DNA of 63,142 nucleotides, counting the filler, from Octopus bimaculoides (lineage: Eukaryota), in assembly GCF_001194135.2 (NCBI RefSeq). It is 4 parts of 4 records of this genome, joined end to end, with 100 filler letters (N's around TTAATTAATTAA, not from the genome) between each part and the next. Parts side by side here need not be neighbours in the genome. Positions count along the whole stretch, not along the records: positions 13,390 to 39,599 come from NC_068982.1; 3 more parts are not named here. One strand, written 5' to 3'. Position numbers and translations under genes: made by a program. Positions 25,343 to 37,886 of this stretch are shown piece after piece; position 1 is the stretch's first letter, and each line of letters starts with the position of its first letter. Below the pieces are notes generated by a model, which saw only the letters and a program-made list of their open reading frames with translations, made no database searches and was not told the DNA's origin.

Positions 25343-25863
25343 GTGCAAGGCCTGAAAATTTGGTGGGGTTAGGATAGTCGATTACATCGACTCCAGTGCG
25401 TAACTGGTACTTGATTTATCGACCCCGAAAGGATGAAAGGCAAAGTCGACTTTGTCGGAATTTAAGTCCAAACTGTAAAGGCGGTCGAAATGCCGCTATG
25501 CTGTTTGTCCGGCATGCTAAGGATTCTGCCAGATCACTGCCTTAATCAGAGTATTAATAATAATAATAATCTTTACCCTAGAGTACTGTAACTGAATGTT
25601 TCTCGTTCAGAGATTTAGAAATAATAATTTTTTTATTAATAATAAGAAGAACTGTTACGAATTTTGCCACAAGTGCAGCCATTTTGGGGGAAGGGATGAG
25701 ACGATTACATCAACTCAAGTGTTCAAATGGTAGTTATTTCATCGACCCCGAAAGGATGAAAGGCAAAGTCGATTTCAGCGGAATTTAAACTCAGAACGTA
25801 GCGACAGGCGAAATACTGCTAAGTATTTCGACCGGTGCGCTAACGATTCTGCTACTCGCCGCC
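25343..25863 (-). mobile_element. Tandem pair of Meta-like SINEs (25343-25541, 25659-25863)
   Basis: Both contain TTTATCGACCCCGAAAGGATGAAAGGCAAAGTCGA. Confidence 0.9.
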
Positions 25864-25937
25864 AGTAATAATAATAATAATGATAATAATGATAATAATG
25901 ATAATGATAATAATAATAATGATAATAATAATAATGA

Positions 25938-25968
<31 letters not shown>

Positions 25969-26040
25969 AAAAAGAAAAAGAAGAAGAAGAAAAGGAAGAA
26001 GAAGAAGAAGAAGAAAAGGAAGAAGAAGAAGAAGACGACA
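25864..26040. repeat. Compound (AAT/GAT)n to (AAG)n microsatellite
   Basis: Direct reading. Confidence 0.95.
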
Positions 26041-27182
26041 TTTTAAGTACATTGTCATCGCTTATAATTTCCTCCATACATATATACCGCTATAGTTTCC
26101 GCCTGTCTGTCTGTCTGTACTTGCTACAGATTGTTCCACCACCACCACCACTACCACTATCCATCTCCTTCAATCACGAAACATTACTTTCAAATACTTA
26201 ACTACTTCGAGGAGAATAACCAATAAAATTATATAGAAATATGGTGCGTGACCTTCAGAAAATGCAACCCTACGCTTCCGAGGCGTAAAAGTCACACGTG
26301 ATTAGCATTGAACAATCAAATCATTGCTATAATTTCCAATCGATACTTTAACATAATTATTTGCGCCATAAATTACTGATTTTCATCTATACAAACGCAC
26401 ACAAGGAATTCTTTATATTCTGCTTGCCACCAGATGTGACTAAATTTTACAATTTCACTTCATTTCTCTTGAATTGCAGTCTCTAGAAAAATTGAGAGGA
26501 GTGGGTGAATTAATAAACATGAAGAGGTTTGCTCTTTAAATGACAATCATTACATCATTAAGACAAGTGTGTATGTCAACACAACGAAAAGAGAAGAGAA
26601 AAATCTATAGTGAGAAGGGTAAAGAATTGTTAGGCAGCTTCTGCAGTTCTTTTTCGATGGATTTTGTGGTGTTTTTCAGACTGTCGTCGAAAGGTAAACC
26701 GTTCCATGCAGACTGGTTGTAGACTTCTGTCTCCTTTAAAAGGTTTAATTTCATAGAAAAACGTCTGCAATGAATTGATTTTGAAGCTAGAAGAAACAAT
26801 TGCAAGAGATAGCGCTATGTGTACTGGAAGTTAGCCTTCGAGAAAAGAGACATTAGCAAAATATAATAAATGAGGTAGGCTACAGAACAGAAAACGGCAA
26901 ACGACTGAGGACAGTATTCTTTCCCTCACCTACACTCCCACACACACACCCTAATTTCATTTGTGGAGCTTTCAATGAGGATTATTTAAAATTCAGGCTG
27001 CGTGCCAATTTACACTGCTAGTATGTATGTGTCAGGAGGCCCTGTTGCCTCCGATATTACATGATGTTATATGAATGCCAACAATTTCATTGTCACCTTC
27101 ATTTTTGTTCACGTCGTCATCACCGTGGCCGTCAGCATCGATATAGTTGTAGTTTTAAACTTCAATTATTTCATGTAATTAA

Positions 27183-27585
27183 GGCGACGAACTGGTTGGA
27201 TCGTTAGCCCACAGGACAAAATGGTCTGCAACATTTTGTCCGTCTTTACGTCCAAATTCCACCGAGGTCGTCTTTACCTTTTATCCTTTTGTAGTCGATG
27301 AAATAAGTACAAGTTGAACCCTGGGGTTGATGTAATCGACTAGCTCCGCACGCTGGAAATTTCAGGCCGTGCGCCTAGAGCAGAAAGGTTTATTTCATGT
27401 AATTAAGGCAGCGAGCGGGTGGAATCTTTCGCCAGAGAAAATGCTAAGTGGCATTTCATCCATCTTTACGTTCTGAGTTCAAATACCATCGAGGTTGACT
27501 TTGCTCTTCATTCTTTCGGGGTCAATAAAATAAAGTACCAGTTGAACACTGGCGTCCACTCCTCAAAATTACTGGCTTTTATAAA
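27183..27585 (+). mobile_element. Tandem pair of Meta-like SINEs (27183-27388, 27407-27585)
   Basis: Both heads are preceded by the identical TTATTTCATGTAATTAA. Confidence 0.9.
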
Positions 27586-28386
27586 CCAAAGGGAATGTAA
27601 CCGGAAGGCGAGCTTTGTCCTGGATTTATTCAATAAAGGAATTTAAGCGTTCCGTTAGCATAGATTTGGTTTCATACCATTTCAGTATAGGTAATAGCAA
27701 AATACTAAATTCCTGTCAATACCTATTATGTCTATATCTTTTTCTCTTAAAATTAAACACCATACTTTTGGCATGAAGCACCGTAATTTGTTGCTTTTTG
27801 ACCGGACACAAAGGTCTGATATTTTGTGTAAAATTCGACTAAGTATTATTTACGACTTTTCCAAATGCTATAGCGTCCTCAACAGAGAACGAAACGAAAC
27901 GCGAATGACGATACAGGACACACCAGGAACTTGTGTCTTGATTTACGGAGCACACCGTAGTGAAATAAATCATTATTAATTCACTTAGGTCGTAGAGGCG
28001 TAAGAAAAATCTCCTATTTTCTTCCTCTAAATTTACATCTTCATGTCTGAATGAAGAAAGGTATTATATCAATATCGCCATAAGAGACCACATTACTGAT
28101 GTGATTCTGCCAACTAGTAAATTTCATGGAAAATATAAAGTATATGAAGTAATACTGGGAATATAAAAGAAAATTTTTGGCAGACAACGAGAAATCAGAT
28201 TTCGAGGTACCTTGGTCTTTCTAAAATATTATTCCATTCAATAGAATCTGCCTTCTACAGGAAATTTTTTTATTTACTCAGTAGAAAATATACATTCAGC
28301 CAAATGACAAGACTAAATTGTTATTATGTATATGTATGTATATATGTATGTGTGTGTGTGCGTGCGCGCGCGCGTGTATAAATATA

Positions 28387-29030
28387 TAGAGGTTACAAAA
28401 GTGGCAGATAGTATTGACTAGCACCACTTTTGCTAAAGATAAGAGTTAAAATAGCTCAATAGCTACACAATCACTGTTTTCATGACTGACAAAGGGAGAT
28501 AATCCGAAATCCCGCCCCGGCTATGTCCCCCGGGACTTATTTCCCTTTGTCAGTCATTAAGACAGTGATTTTTGTGGCTTTTGATTTATTTTAACTCTTG
28601 TCTTTAGCAAAAGCGGTACTAGTCAGTATTCTCTGTCACTTTTGTGACCTCTATTAATTTTGCTTTTAGGTGTTAATTGCTAATAAGCTACTCTTTTTAA
28701 TTTCTTGTTTACATTTTTACCGTTTCGGAAATCAGCACGCACATTCAACGGTCTTTCTTATAAAACTGAAAGTAGTTGAGTTTAACCCTATGAGTTAAGA
28801 GCAGCTGATGAGGTTTAAGATGGTCTACATCAAAATCCGAAATCGCGATCAGGCTATGTACGTTGGGTTCTTACCTTCCTTTTGTCAGTCAGTAAGACAA
28901 TGATTTTGTGGGTTTTGAGTTATTTTGACTCTTATTTTTAGCGGTGCTAGTCAGTACTCTGTGTCACTTTTGTGACCTTAGTTAATTTTGCCTTTAGGTT
29001 CTGATTGTTAATAAGCCACTTTTTAAATTT
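28387..29030 (+). mobile_element. Hammerhead-bearing partial tandem plus inverted repeat (Penelope pseudo-LTR or retrozyme)
   Basis: Inverted arms at 28387-28502 and 28537-28653. Segment 28501-28700 recurs at 28834-29030 (offset 333 bp). Hammerhead core at 28805-28850. Confidence 0.75.
28805..28850 (+). ncRNA. Type I hammerhead ribozyme (intact core, eroded stem I)
   Basis: CTGATGA at 28805-11; stem II GGTTTAAGATG/GTCTA/CATCAAAATCC; GAAA at 28839-42; palindromic stem III ATCGCGAT; AUC cleavage triplet ending at 28850. Confidence 0.75.
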
Positions 29031-29444
29031 GTATAAATATATATCGCTGCTATTATGCAAAAGTTTCATAAGTCCTAAACGTTGCTTTTTCAGAAAACGA
29101 TAAAATAGTTTCACCATTCCATTTCTTTTTCCATTAGCAACAGTTAAATAAAGTTTAACAATAATACGTTGTTGAGTGCATAAAATCGTAACCCCATGCA
29201 TATATTACAATTTCAGTCAGAAATATTTATGAAAAATTGTCGTATGTGGGACTACCTACATGTTTGAAAAATGCTAAACCGTTGTACTACGTTTCGACAA
29301 TTTTCATATCTTGGCATCTGAAGCAGCTGGAGATACGATAGTTTGACCAAATGAACCGGCTATTGCAAGCAAAATTAAATATTGAGAAAAAAAAAACGCA
29401 TTTGGCCAAATTTGGACATACGACAGTTTAACAAAGTAGCAACG

Positions 29445-29479
<35 letters not shown>

Positions 29480-29588
29480 TGTATGTATGTATAAGCAAAG
29501 TAACTAGTTCCGTACAGAACAGTCATGTTCTGGCAACAAACATTACTTTATGTACATATATATGTACACACACACATACACACACACA

Positions 29589-29621
<33 letters not shown>

Positions 29622-29643
29622 GAACACACACACATACATTCAC

Positions 29644-29728
<85 letters not shown>

Positions 29729-31009
29729 CAGGCGGACAGATACACATGTTCTCTCTTTTGACTTTAGTAATTTTGGATGTAACAAGAACGCTTTGCTAGC
29801 TAAAGTTATTTTGAATATGAGGGGTTTAATTTCGGTGAAATACTGTGAAATATTCTGGAAAAAAACTGAATGCACAATTTTACGAAGTTATGTGTACATT
29901 TGTATATATGTATACAATAGACGCATGACCATGTAAATGAGTGTCTTTATCCATACATTGCACATTATGTGCATACATGTATAATGTGATGGTCTGGCTA
30001 AATTGTGACTTTAATGAAAGCAATCTGCACAGTAATGAAATTGCGTTTCCGGTGTATATGTCCTTCCATTCAGTTGGAGATGGCATATATAGAATGATTT
30101 ATGCTCTAAATTTGTACGAGTCGTATCCTAATGCAGCAACCTCAAAGATGTAGCTAGGAAAATTTCTACTCTTGAGCGTCGCCTTCGTGAGGCGGCACTT
30201 TTGTGTCTGTTGTATAGGTTTGGGGCACCAGAACACGACAAAACGGGCTATTCTGAGTGACACACAACTCTAGCTACGTTGCTGACCAGCTTGTATCGAA
30301 AGCACTGTGAGACAGTAAAGCAGGTAGTCGTGAAAACTGAGCAATATAAGAGCTGCTGGTTATAACATCGCGACTGCTGTCTAGTTGTATACAGTCATCT
30401 CGCAGTAAAAACGGTGATGAAAGTTGCTAACCTTGTGAAATATCTGGCCGCTGTGTGACCCCGCTATCAGTATATATTACAGCACAATGATCGCTAGGTG
30501 GTGTTTTGAGAATCCTCCGTGAGAGGTTTCCCAGAACATATTTATTATTCATGAAAATATACATACGCACTTACACATGCACACACACGCACGCTTATAT
30601 ATGCAAACACACACATGTACACACAGGCACGCAAAAGCCATTATGCATCCATGTATATTATATATATTTATATGTAGATACAGACACTCACATGCACGCT
30701 TACATGCACACGGACATATCATTCTGTATATATTATTAAACGTGGATATACTACCGAAAGACACAAATGACGGTATTTGTCATGAGAAAGCTTCTCATAT
30801 AGACGTATAGTGCTAAAAAGCACAAAAATATATCAATAACAGACAAAAAGCGTGCAGCAGCGGCGGTAAATTTACTAAATCATGATTTCTGCGTCTTTGC
30901 ATGTCATCAGAGGCAAGTATCCACTATCAACCGCATGCTTGGACAAATTTAACTTCTACTGATACAGTAAAACAGTGAGTGATTAATAAACCACTAGTTT
31001 CGCAAACGT

Positions 31010-31392
31010 GGAGGCGCAATGGCCCAGTGGTTAGGGCAGCGGACTCGCGGTCATAGGATCGCAGTTTCGATTCCCAGACCGCGCGTTGAGTGTTTATTGA
31101 GCGAAAACACCTAAAGCTCCACGAGACTCCGGCAGGGGATGGTGACGAACCCTGCTGTACTCTTTCACCACAACTTTCTCTCACTCTTACTTCCTGTTTC
31201 TGTTGTGCCTGTAATTCAAAGGGTCAGCCTTGTCACACTGTGTCACGCTGAATATTCCCGAGAACTACGTTAAGGGTACACGTGTTTGTGGAATGCTCAG
31301 CCACTTGCACGTTAATTTCACGAGCAGGCTGTTCCGTTGAACGGATAAACTGGAACCCTCCACGTCGTAAGCGACGGAGTGCCAACAACAAC
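31010..31392 (+). mobile_element. tRNA(Arg)-like SINE (OR-type), full-length
   Basis: Highly similar to 20662-21041, with a (CAA)n tail. Confidence 0.95.
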
Positions 31393-31637
31393 AGTGTCGC
31401 AAACATGACGATACAGAAGAAGAGATGATAGATAGATAGACAGATTGATAGGTTGCGAGAAAGACAGACAGATAGATTTTTATTTTACACCCACATACTG
31501 ATGTTTCATTGTATTGTATTTTGCTATTGCCTATCATTAGATAAGCTACTATTAAAGCTATTGATTTCATCTTTACTAACCCTACTTAAGTGACAGCTGC
31601 GACTGTTGTTGCCACTACAACTACTACAGCTAATAAC

Positions 31638-32014
31638 AATGGTTTCAAATTTTGGGACAAGGCCATCAGTTTTAAAGGTTGGGACACGCTGATTATATCG
31701 ACCCCAGTATTTAACTGATATCTTATGTTATCGGTATCTAAAGGATGAAAGGCAAAGGCGACCTTGGTGGAATTTGAACTCCGAATGCAAAGATCCGGAA
31801 GAAATAGCAGTAAACTTTTTGCCCGACGCACTAACGATTTCGCCAGCTCGTCGTCTTTAATGGTTTCAAATTTTGGTAAAAAAGGCCAGTAATTTTTGGA
31901 AGAGGTGGGTAAGTCGATGCCACCGTTATCTGTACTTGAACTGGTATAACATCTTATCAACCTTGTGGGGATGAAAAACAAAGATGACCAAGGCAGAAGT
32001 TGAACTCAGAACGT
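31638..32014 (-). mobile_element. Tandem pair of Meta-like SINEs
   Basis: Two ATGGTTTCAAATTTTGG tails, at about 31639 and 31860. The second copy is 5'-truncated. Confidence 0.85.
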
Positions 32015-33382
32015 GAAATGAACTTTTACTTATTTAAATCATTCAGCCATGACTTGAAGCAGATTTGGTTGACATTTCATGCAAGACCACCTACCACTTA
32101 GTTGTTCTCCCTTTTATGCGCCATTCAGGGAAGTTTCCATTATATCTAGTCTCATAAGTTACCTGATAAAATGCGTTATTGTTAGTTAGCTTGTTTGTAG
32201 CTATTGCCGTTGTACAGATTTCTATTGATTAGTAAAGTAAATACTTAAATTATCCCTTTTATTCACTCACGTGTTATGAGTGTCCATATTGTTTTGTTAT
32301 TAATTTCTACTCATCTTCATAATTAGTCGTCGATTTTTCATTCATCCACTCTTTCAATATGCGCCATTGAAGAAATATGCTTAGCTCTTTATTTCAGACG
32401 AATTGTCATTGTTTTATACTCCATAAAACACAGCAATGATTTTCTAAACCTTTTACTTCAGGTCATTTCCCCATAATTAAGCCGAATGAAACCGAAGTAT
32501 TTATATTATCGGATGCTTTATATTTTATATTCTATCATACATAACATAGCACATAACAAACGCTGAAGGCCGTTTTAATCACAAATGCGAGGAAGAAAAC
32601 AAATTGGTGGAATATAATTGAAAACCTCTACGTTAGAGCAAGAAGCCTATATATTTTCTTAAGGTTGAGTTGTTTCATATTTTCAGAGAAAATAACGTTT
32701 TCCCTTTTAAACAAAGAGAAACTTGCAGCTATAAAGAATACAGATGTGAGACTAAAATTGTCACAATATAGTACGGATTAAAACGCTACTACTGTTCTTA
32801 CGTATTTTTAGTCCCAGCTTAAACAATGTTGAATAGATAGATTTATACTGTTAGACCACAATGTATCCGCTCTTAAAGAGATTGACGTATGACTGGGGTA
32901 ACTTTTGCAACTGTTTTTAGCAGTTTGAGTGATTTAATAAAGACCGTGTCTATGAGGCATCGATCATATTCTTTCTTTGACAGATCGATGCAATAGCAGT
33001 CTAATGACTAGTTACAGTCATTAGACTGCAGCCATGCTGCAGCGTCGTTCTGAAGGGTTTTCGTCGACCAAATCGACCACAAAACTTAATTTTTTAAAGT
33101 CTGGTACTTATCATATAGGATACTTTTGCCGAACCGCTAAGTTAGAGAAACGTAAACAAACCACACAGGCTTTCAAGCAACGGTGGGGACAAACACAAAC
33201 ACAAGAACAAGTACAGACACACACACCCCCACACACACACATACAATTATTATAAATGTATACATACATACATACATACATACATATATGTAGATGTATG
33301 TGACATCACAACCGGTTTATTCCGGAAAGAATGAACAAAAGAACCAAAGCATAATTGACTCAAGTAATGGATGGGTAAATTA

Positions 33383-34102
33383 CGAGATCTGATCAATAGG
33401 TATCCGGACTGTTGCCATAGTAACAAAGCTAAAGTACACAGAGTAAAGCCGCTTGGTACAGATTGACATCGGACTCTGCTGTGTACGTGCACTAAGTTTT
33501 AACGTTCTAGCTCACTTCTGCTGTTTAGAGCAGTGCTAGGAAGAAACGTGTGTAGCGTGTGATATTCGCATTGACCATGACAGAGAAAGTTGTCGTGGTG
33601 ACATCTGCTCAGAAGCCTACGCAAAATGGCAGAAAGTGTATGGAGAGGAGTGTATGATCCGCACACTAGTTTATGAGAGGTTCAGACGTTTCCAAGATGG
33701 CCGGAAAAATGTCTATAGCGACGAACGTTCTGGGAGACCCGCAACCAGCAGAACTGAGAAAAAACATTGCAGCTGTGCGTGCAGCTGTGAGAGGAAATCG
33801 TCGAACCACCATCCGTGATTTATCAGAGGATGTGCAGATTAGTTATAGTTCAGTTCACTCCATTATCACTGAATATTTCCATACGAGACGCGTGTCTGCC
33901 AAGTTTGTGCCAAAATTGCTTTCAGCTGACCAAAAAGACATTTGGGTTTAATTTGCACAAGATCTCCTTGCTTGAGTCGAGAATGATGGAAACTTCTTGA
34001 AAACCTTGCACAGGCTTCTGATCAGGTATCGCAAAGCTTTACTTTGCGTGCTTTAGTTTCGTTACTATGGCAATAGTCCGGATACTTATTGATCAGACCA
34101 CG
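33383..34102 (+). mobile_element. Mariner deletion derivative (720 bp) with both TIRs and TA target duplication
   Basis: TA at 33381-82 and 34103-04, with long (>50 bp) imperfect TIRs. Frameshifted N-terminal transposase (FQDGRKNVYSDERSGRP; RRVSAKFVPKLL). The catalytic domain is deleted. Confidence 0.95.
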
Positions 34103-35439
34103 TATTTATTGACCCCCGAAAGACTTATAGGTAATGTCGATCTTTGTGAGATTTGAACTCTGGGCGCAGAGATTTGGAATGATTATCGTACGCTTATAAC
34201 TTAACCGATTCACTGTCTTGAACAGAGAAATAAAAATAACAATACAAAGTTGGAAAGAATGTACATTTATTCAACATTTTCCACCTTAAAAAATAGATCA
34301 CATCGTAAACAGAACCAAATCATTGCCACTTGTGTTGAGAGGAAAAGAGTGACGATGATATGTGAGTCAGTATATATTTAAATCTTGCGATAAAATGCTT
34401 CAAATAAACTAAAGTATATTAAGAGCAAGAAATGTTCGGAGCAAGATTACGTAGGAAGCCATTTTGATGTGATAAAAAAAATATATATGTATATATATAG
34501 GAAAAAATACAGCACACTAGTAGCACAAAATTTGAGGGTTTTCTGTAAAGAATTGACAGATTAAGTGAACAGCATCTAGCAGCGGCTGACATAAGTAGTA
34601 TCAAAGGATGTCATCCATCAGAGATATGAAGATACAAGTTTTAAGAATAAAATATTTGGATCGATTAGAAAGTCAGAAGTGACCCGATTTAAATGATTAT
34701 TGTCTCTAAATAGAAAATCAAGTCTTCGCTATGTTGTTCAACATACATACATACGCAAACGTACGTACGTACATACATACATACATACATACATACATAC
34801 ATACATACATCTCTCTCTCTCTCTCTCTCTCTCTCCATATATATGGTGGATTTTGGAGCAATGGCTCTGATTTTAGGAAGTAGTATTATATATTCCACCT
34901 AATTTTAAATTACATATGTATATATGTGTGTATATGTATATATATATATGTGTGTATATGTATATATATGTATATATATGTATATATATATATATATATA
35001 TACACGCATTTTGGCTTCCTGATGATTTGTTTCGGTATAGTGAATAGTAAGACTACTATGATAGTAATATAACACGACTATGTAGTAATTAAGTCTACCA
35101 ACGTGGTTATCAAAATTCTTCGACAAACTTGCAATTCCGGAGTCATTACCTCTGTCGAGCACTTTGTCAAAAATATCTCCTACCCTGTTACAAGCACTCC
35201 CATTAGGGCTCCGACTGAAGAATACGTCATTATTTTCGTGCAGCAGTTTCGTGAAGGAAGTTGTGGTTTTCTCTACACAAATATACGTGAATTCAAAAGA
35301 GCATGGGCGCTGCGTATCTCTTTTTTTTTTTACTACATTGTAAATCTATAAAGCAATGCGAAGTTATGACAAACACAGGAAAACTAAAATCCATATATAC
35401 ATAAACATATGGTGCAAATGTAAAAAAAAAAAATCAAAA

Positions 35440-35575
35440 GACAACAACAAGGAACAAAGTGTATTAGTTTGACGCCCAGGAAAAATAGAAAAGTCTGTGA
35501 CGTTTCGAGCCTTGTGTCTTCGATTTAAAGGAATGAAGAAAGAAAATGAAGAGAACAAAAAGAACGGACTATATA
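35440..35575 (-). mobile_element. Second copy of the Penelope-like terminal fragment with a degenerate hammerhead-like motif
   Basis: Homologous to 480-620. Minus strand TCGAAGA-cacaaggct-CGAAACGTC at 35499-35523. Confidence 0.55.
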
Positions 35576-35608
<33 letters not shown>

Positions 35609-35783
35609 TATGTATGCATATGTGTGTATAAATGTATATATTTGGATATATTTGTATGTATGCATGAGTGTATATATGCATATATGTATATATGTATATT
35701 TGTATGCATATATAAATATATATAGATACGTATGCATATATGTACATATGTATGATAATATGCATATATGTATATATCTATGT

Positions 35784-35838
<55 letters not shown>

Positions 35839-36351
35839 TATGCATGCATGTCTATCTCTGTATATAGATCACTGAGTATAGGCGCGTGGTTTAGTGATTA
35901 GGGTATTGCAAGGTCGTGCGCTCGATTCACGACAACACGTTGTATCCTGGAGTAAGACACTTTATTTCACGTTGCTCCTGTCACTTACCTGAATGTTGAT
36001 AATACTATAAATATAATAAATTCAGAATAGTTATATACATGTGGAGGACATATAGAGGACTTTCTAACTATAACTCCTCGGAGAACGAGTCGAAAGTATT
36101 ATTTCCTATACTGTAATAAAACTTGTGTAATATGGTATTAAAAACGTACCTAATTTTCCAGACCTGATTTAATATTTATTTACTCTGCAAATATTATGGT
36201 TCACCAGGCCTTTGAACATACAGTCGCAGTCACAGCCGTCTCGCTAACTTTCGGCAAGTTTCTCTAAAGGCATTCATTTGTCATATGCTGCTATCATTTC
36301 ACATTTAAGGTCATTCGTAGCATCCTTGTGTAGCATCCATTTAGCCCAGTT

Positions 36352-36575
36352 TACTCTTTTACTTGTTTCAGTCATTTGACTGTGGCCATGCCGGAGCACC
36401 GCTTTTTAGTCGAGCTAATCGACCCCAGGACTTATTCTTTGTAAGCCTAGTACTTATTCCATCGGTCTCTTTTGCCGAACCGCCAAGTTACGGGGACGTA
36501 AACATACCAGCATCGGTTGTCAAGCGATGTTGAGGGGACCAAATGACTGAAACAAGTAAAAGATAAAAGATCAAG
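36352..36575 (-). mobile_element. CORE-like SINE 3' half
   Basis: TACTCTTTTACTTGTTTCAGTCATTTGACTG...CCAGCATCGGTTGTCAAGCGATG. Confidence 0.9.
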
Positions 36576-36651
36576 AAAAAGATTCTCTCTCTGTCTTTCT
36601 CTGTCTGTCTCTCTCTCTCTCTCTCTTTATATATATATATANNNNNNNNNN

Positions 36652-37886
36652 AAAGAAAACAAGTGATCAAATGTTATATTTAATTGAAATTTAAACATCA
36701 ATCTACTTTCCCTGATTATCTAGGACTTTCTTCTATCTATTTACAAGTTTTTTAATCCCATCAATGTAAAACTCTTTTGATTTCAAAGCGAAGAACTCTG
36801 AAATGTCAATTTCGACCTCCTCCTGGCTTGCGAAAGTTTTGTCCCACAAATGATTCTGTAAACTGCGAAAGAAATGGTAGTCTGAAGGAGCAAGGTCGGG
36901 AGAATAAGGTGGATGAGGAATTTTTTCCCAACCAAGCTCTTCGATCTTGTGATGTGATCTTTGCAGTGTGGGGTCACGCATTGTCTTGATGAAACATCAC
37001 TCCTTTTCGATTTAATAAAGTGGGTTTCTTTTTCTTCAATGCTTGGTTCAAACGCTCTAATTGCTGACAGTAGACTTGAGCATTGATTGTTGAATTAGGT
37101 GGTAACAATTCAAAGTGAATTACTCCTTTGCAATCCCACCAGATAGAGAGAAGAACCTTTTTCCCATAAAGTTCCCTTCTCGGTTGTGGTCGAGCTTTTT
37201 CCCTTTTACCAAGCCATTGTTTACGGCATTTAACATTTCGATAGCAGATCCATTTTTCGTCTATCCAAAAAGGGTGAAATGAGTTCGTGAGAATGGAGAG
37301 AAGAGCAGATGTCAACTCGGGATTAGCGGTTGCTTTCGGACAATTCATGAGGCACCCATTTTCCAAGTTTAGGAACGTTTCCAAGTTGTTGAAGATGATG
37401 TTGAACAGTTGTATGGTTTGAGCTAAAATTTATTGCCAATTCGTCAACTAATAATGCAGGATTTTCTTCAAGTAATGCCTCAAGGAGCTTATCATCAAAC
37501 TCATCTTGACGTCCTGTTCGATGTTCATCTTCAAGGCTGAAATCTCCACTACTGAATATTGCAAAACATCTTCTGCAAGTTCTTTCATTCAAGCATTCTT
37601 TCCCATAAACTGGGTGTATGTTTCGAGTCGCTTCGGCTGCAGAGTTTCCTTTTTTGTACTCATAAAGCATTAGGTACCTTAAATGGTCTTTGGATACTTC
37701 ATGTTAGAAAGAGTTTTACTCAAAGAAATTTAAATTCTATTATTCTGTAAAATATTATTTAATTAGTTTAAATGCACACAAATGCTTAAAAATAATTTTC
37801 AATTCCATTAGACATTCTAAAGTACTATTAAATTTCATTCAATTTTGAAAAAGGTAAAATCGGACAGAAATTATGGGATGACCTGA
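36652..37886 (-). mobile_element. Near full-length mariner (DD34D) transposon with a disrupted transposase
   Basis: Three consecutive ORF pieces carry WVPHEL, DEKW, HQDNA and PYSPDLAPSDYHFFRSL. The left end TA|TCAGGTCATCCCATAA is at 37886; the right TIR is lost in the N gap. Confidence 0.97.

Noticed and set aside
26605-26805. Minus-strand ORF ...AWNGLPFDDSLKNTTKSIEKELQKL
   Set aside because: Could be a terminal exon or a CR1-type WN.LP relic. It is too short to decide and has no partner exons.
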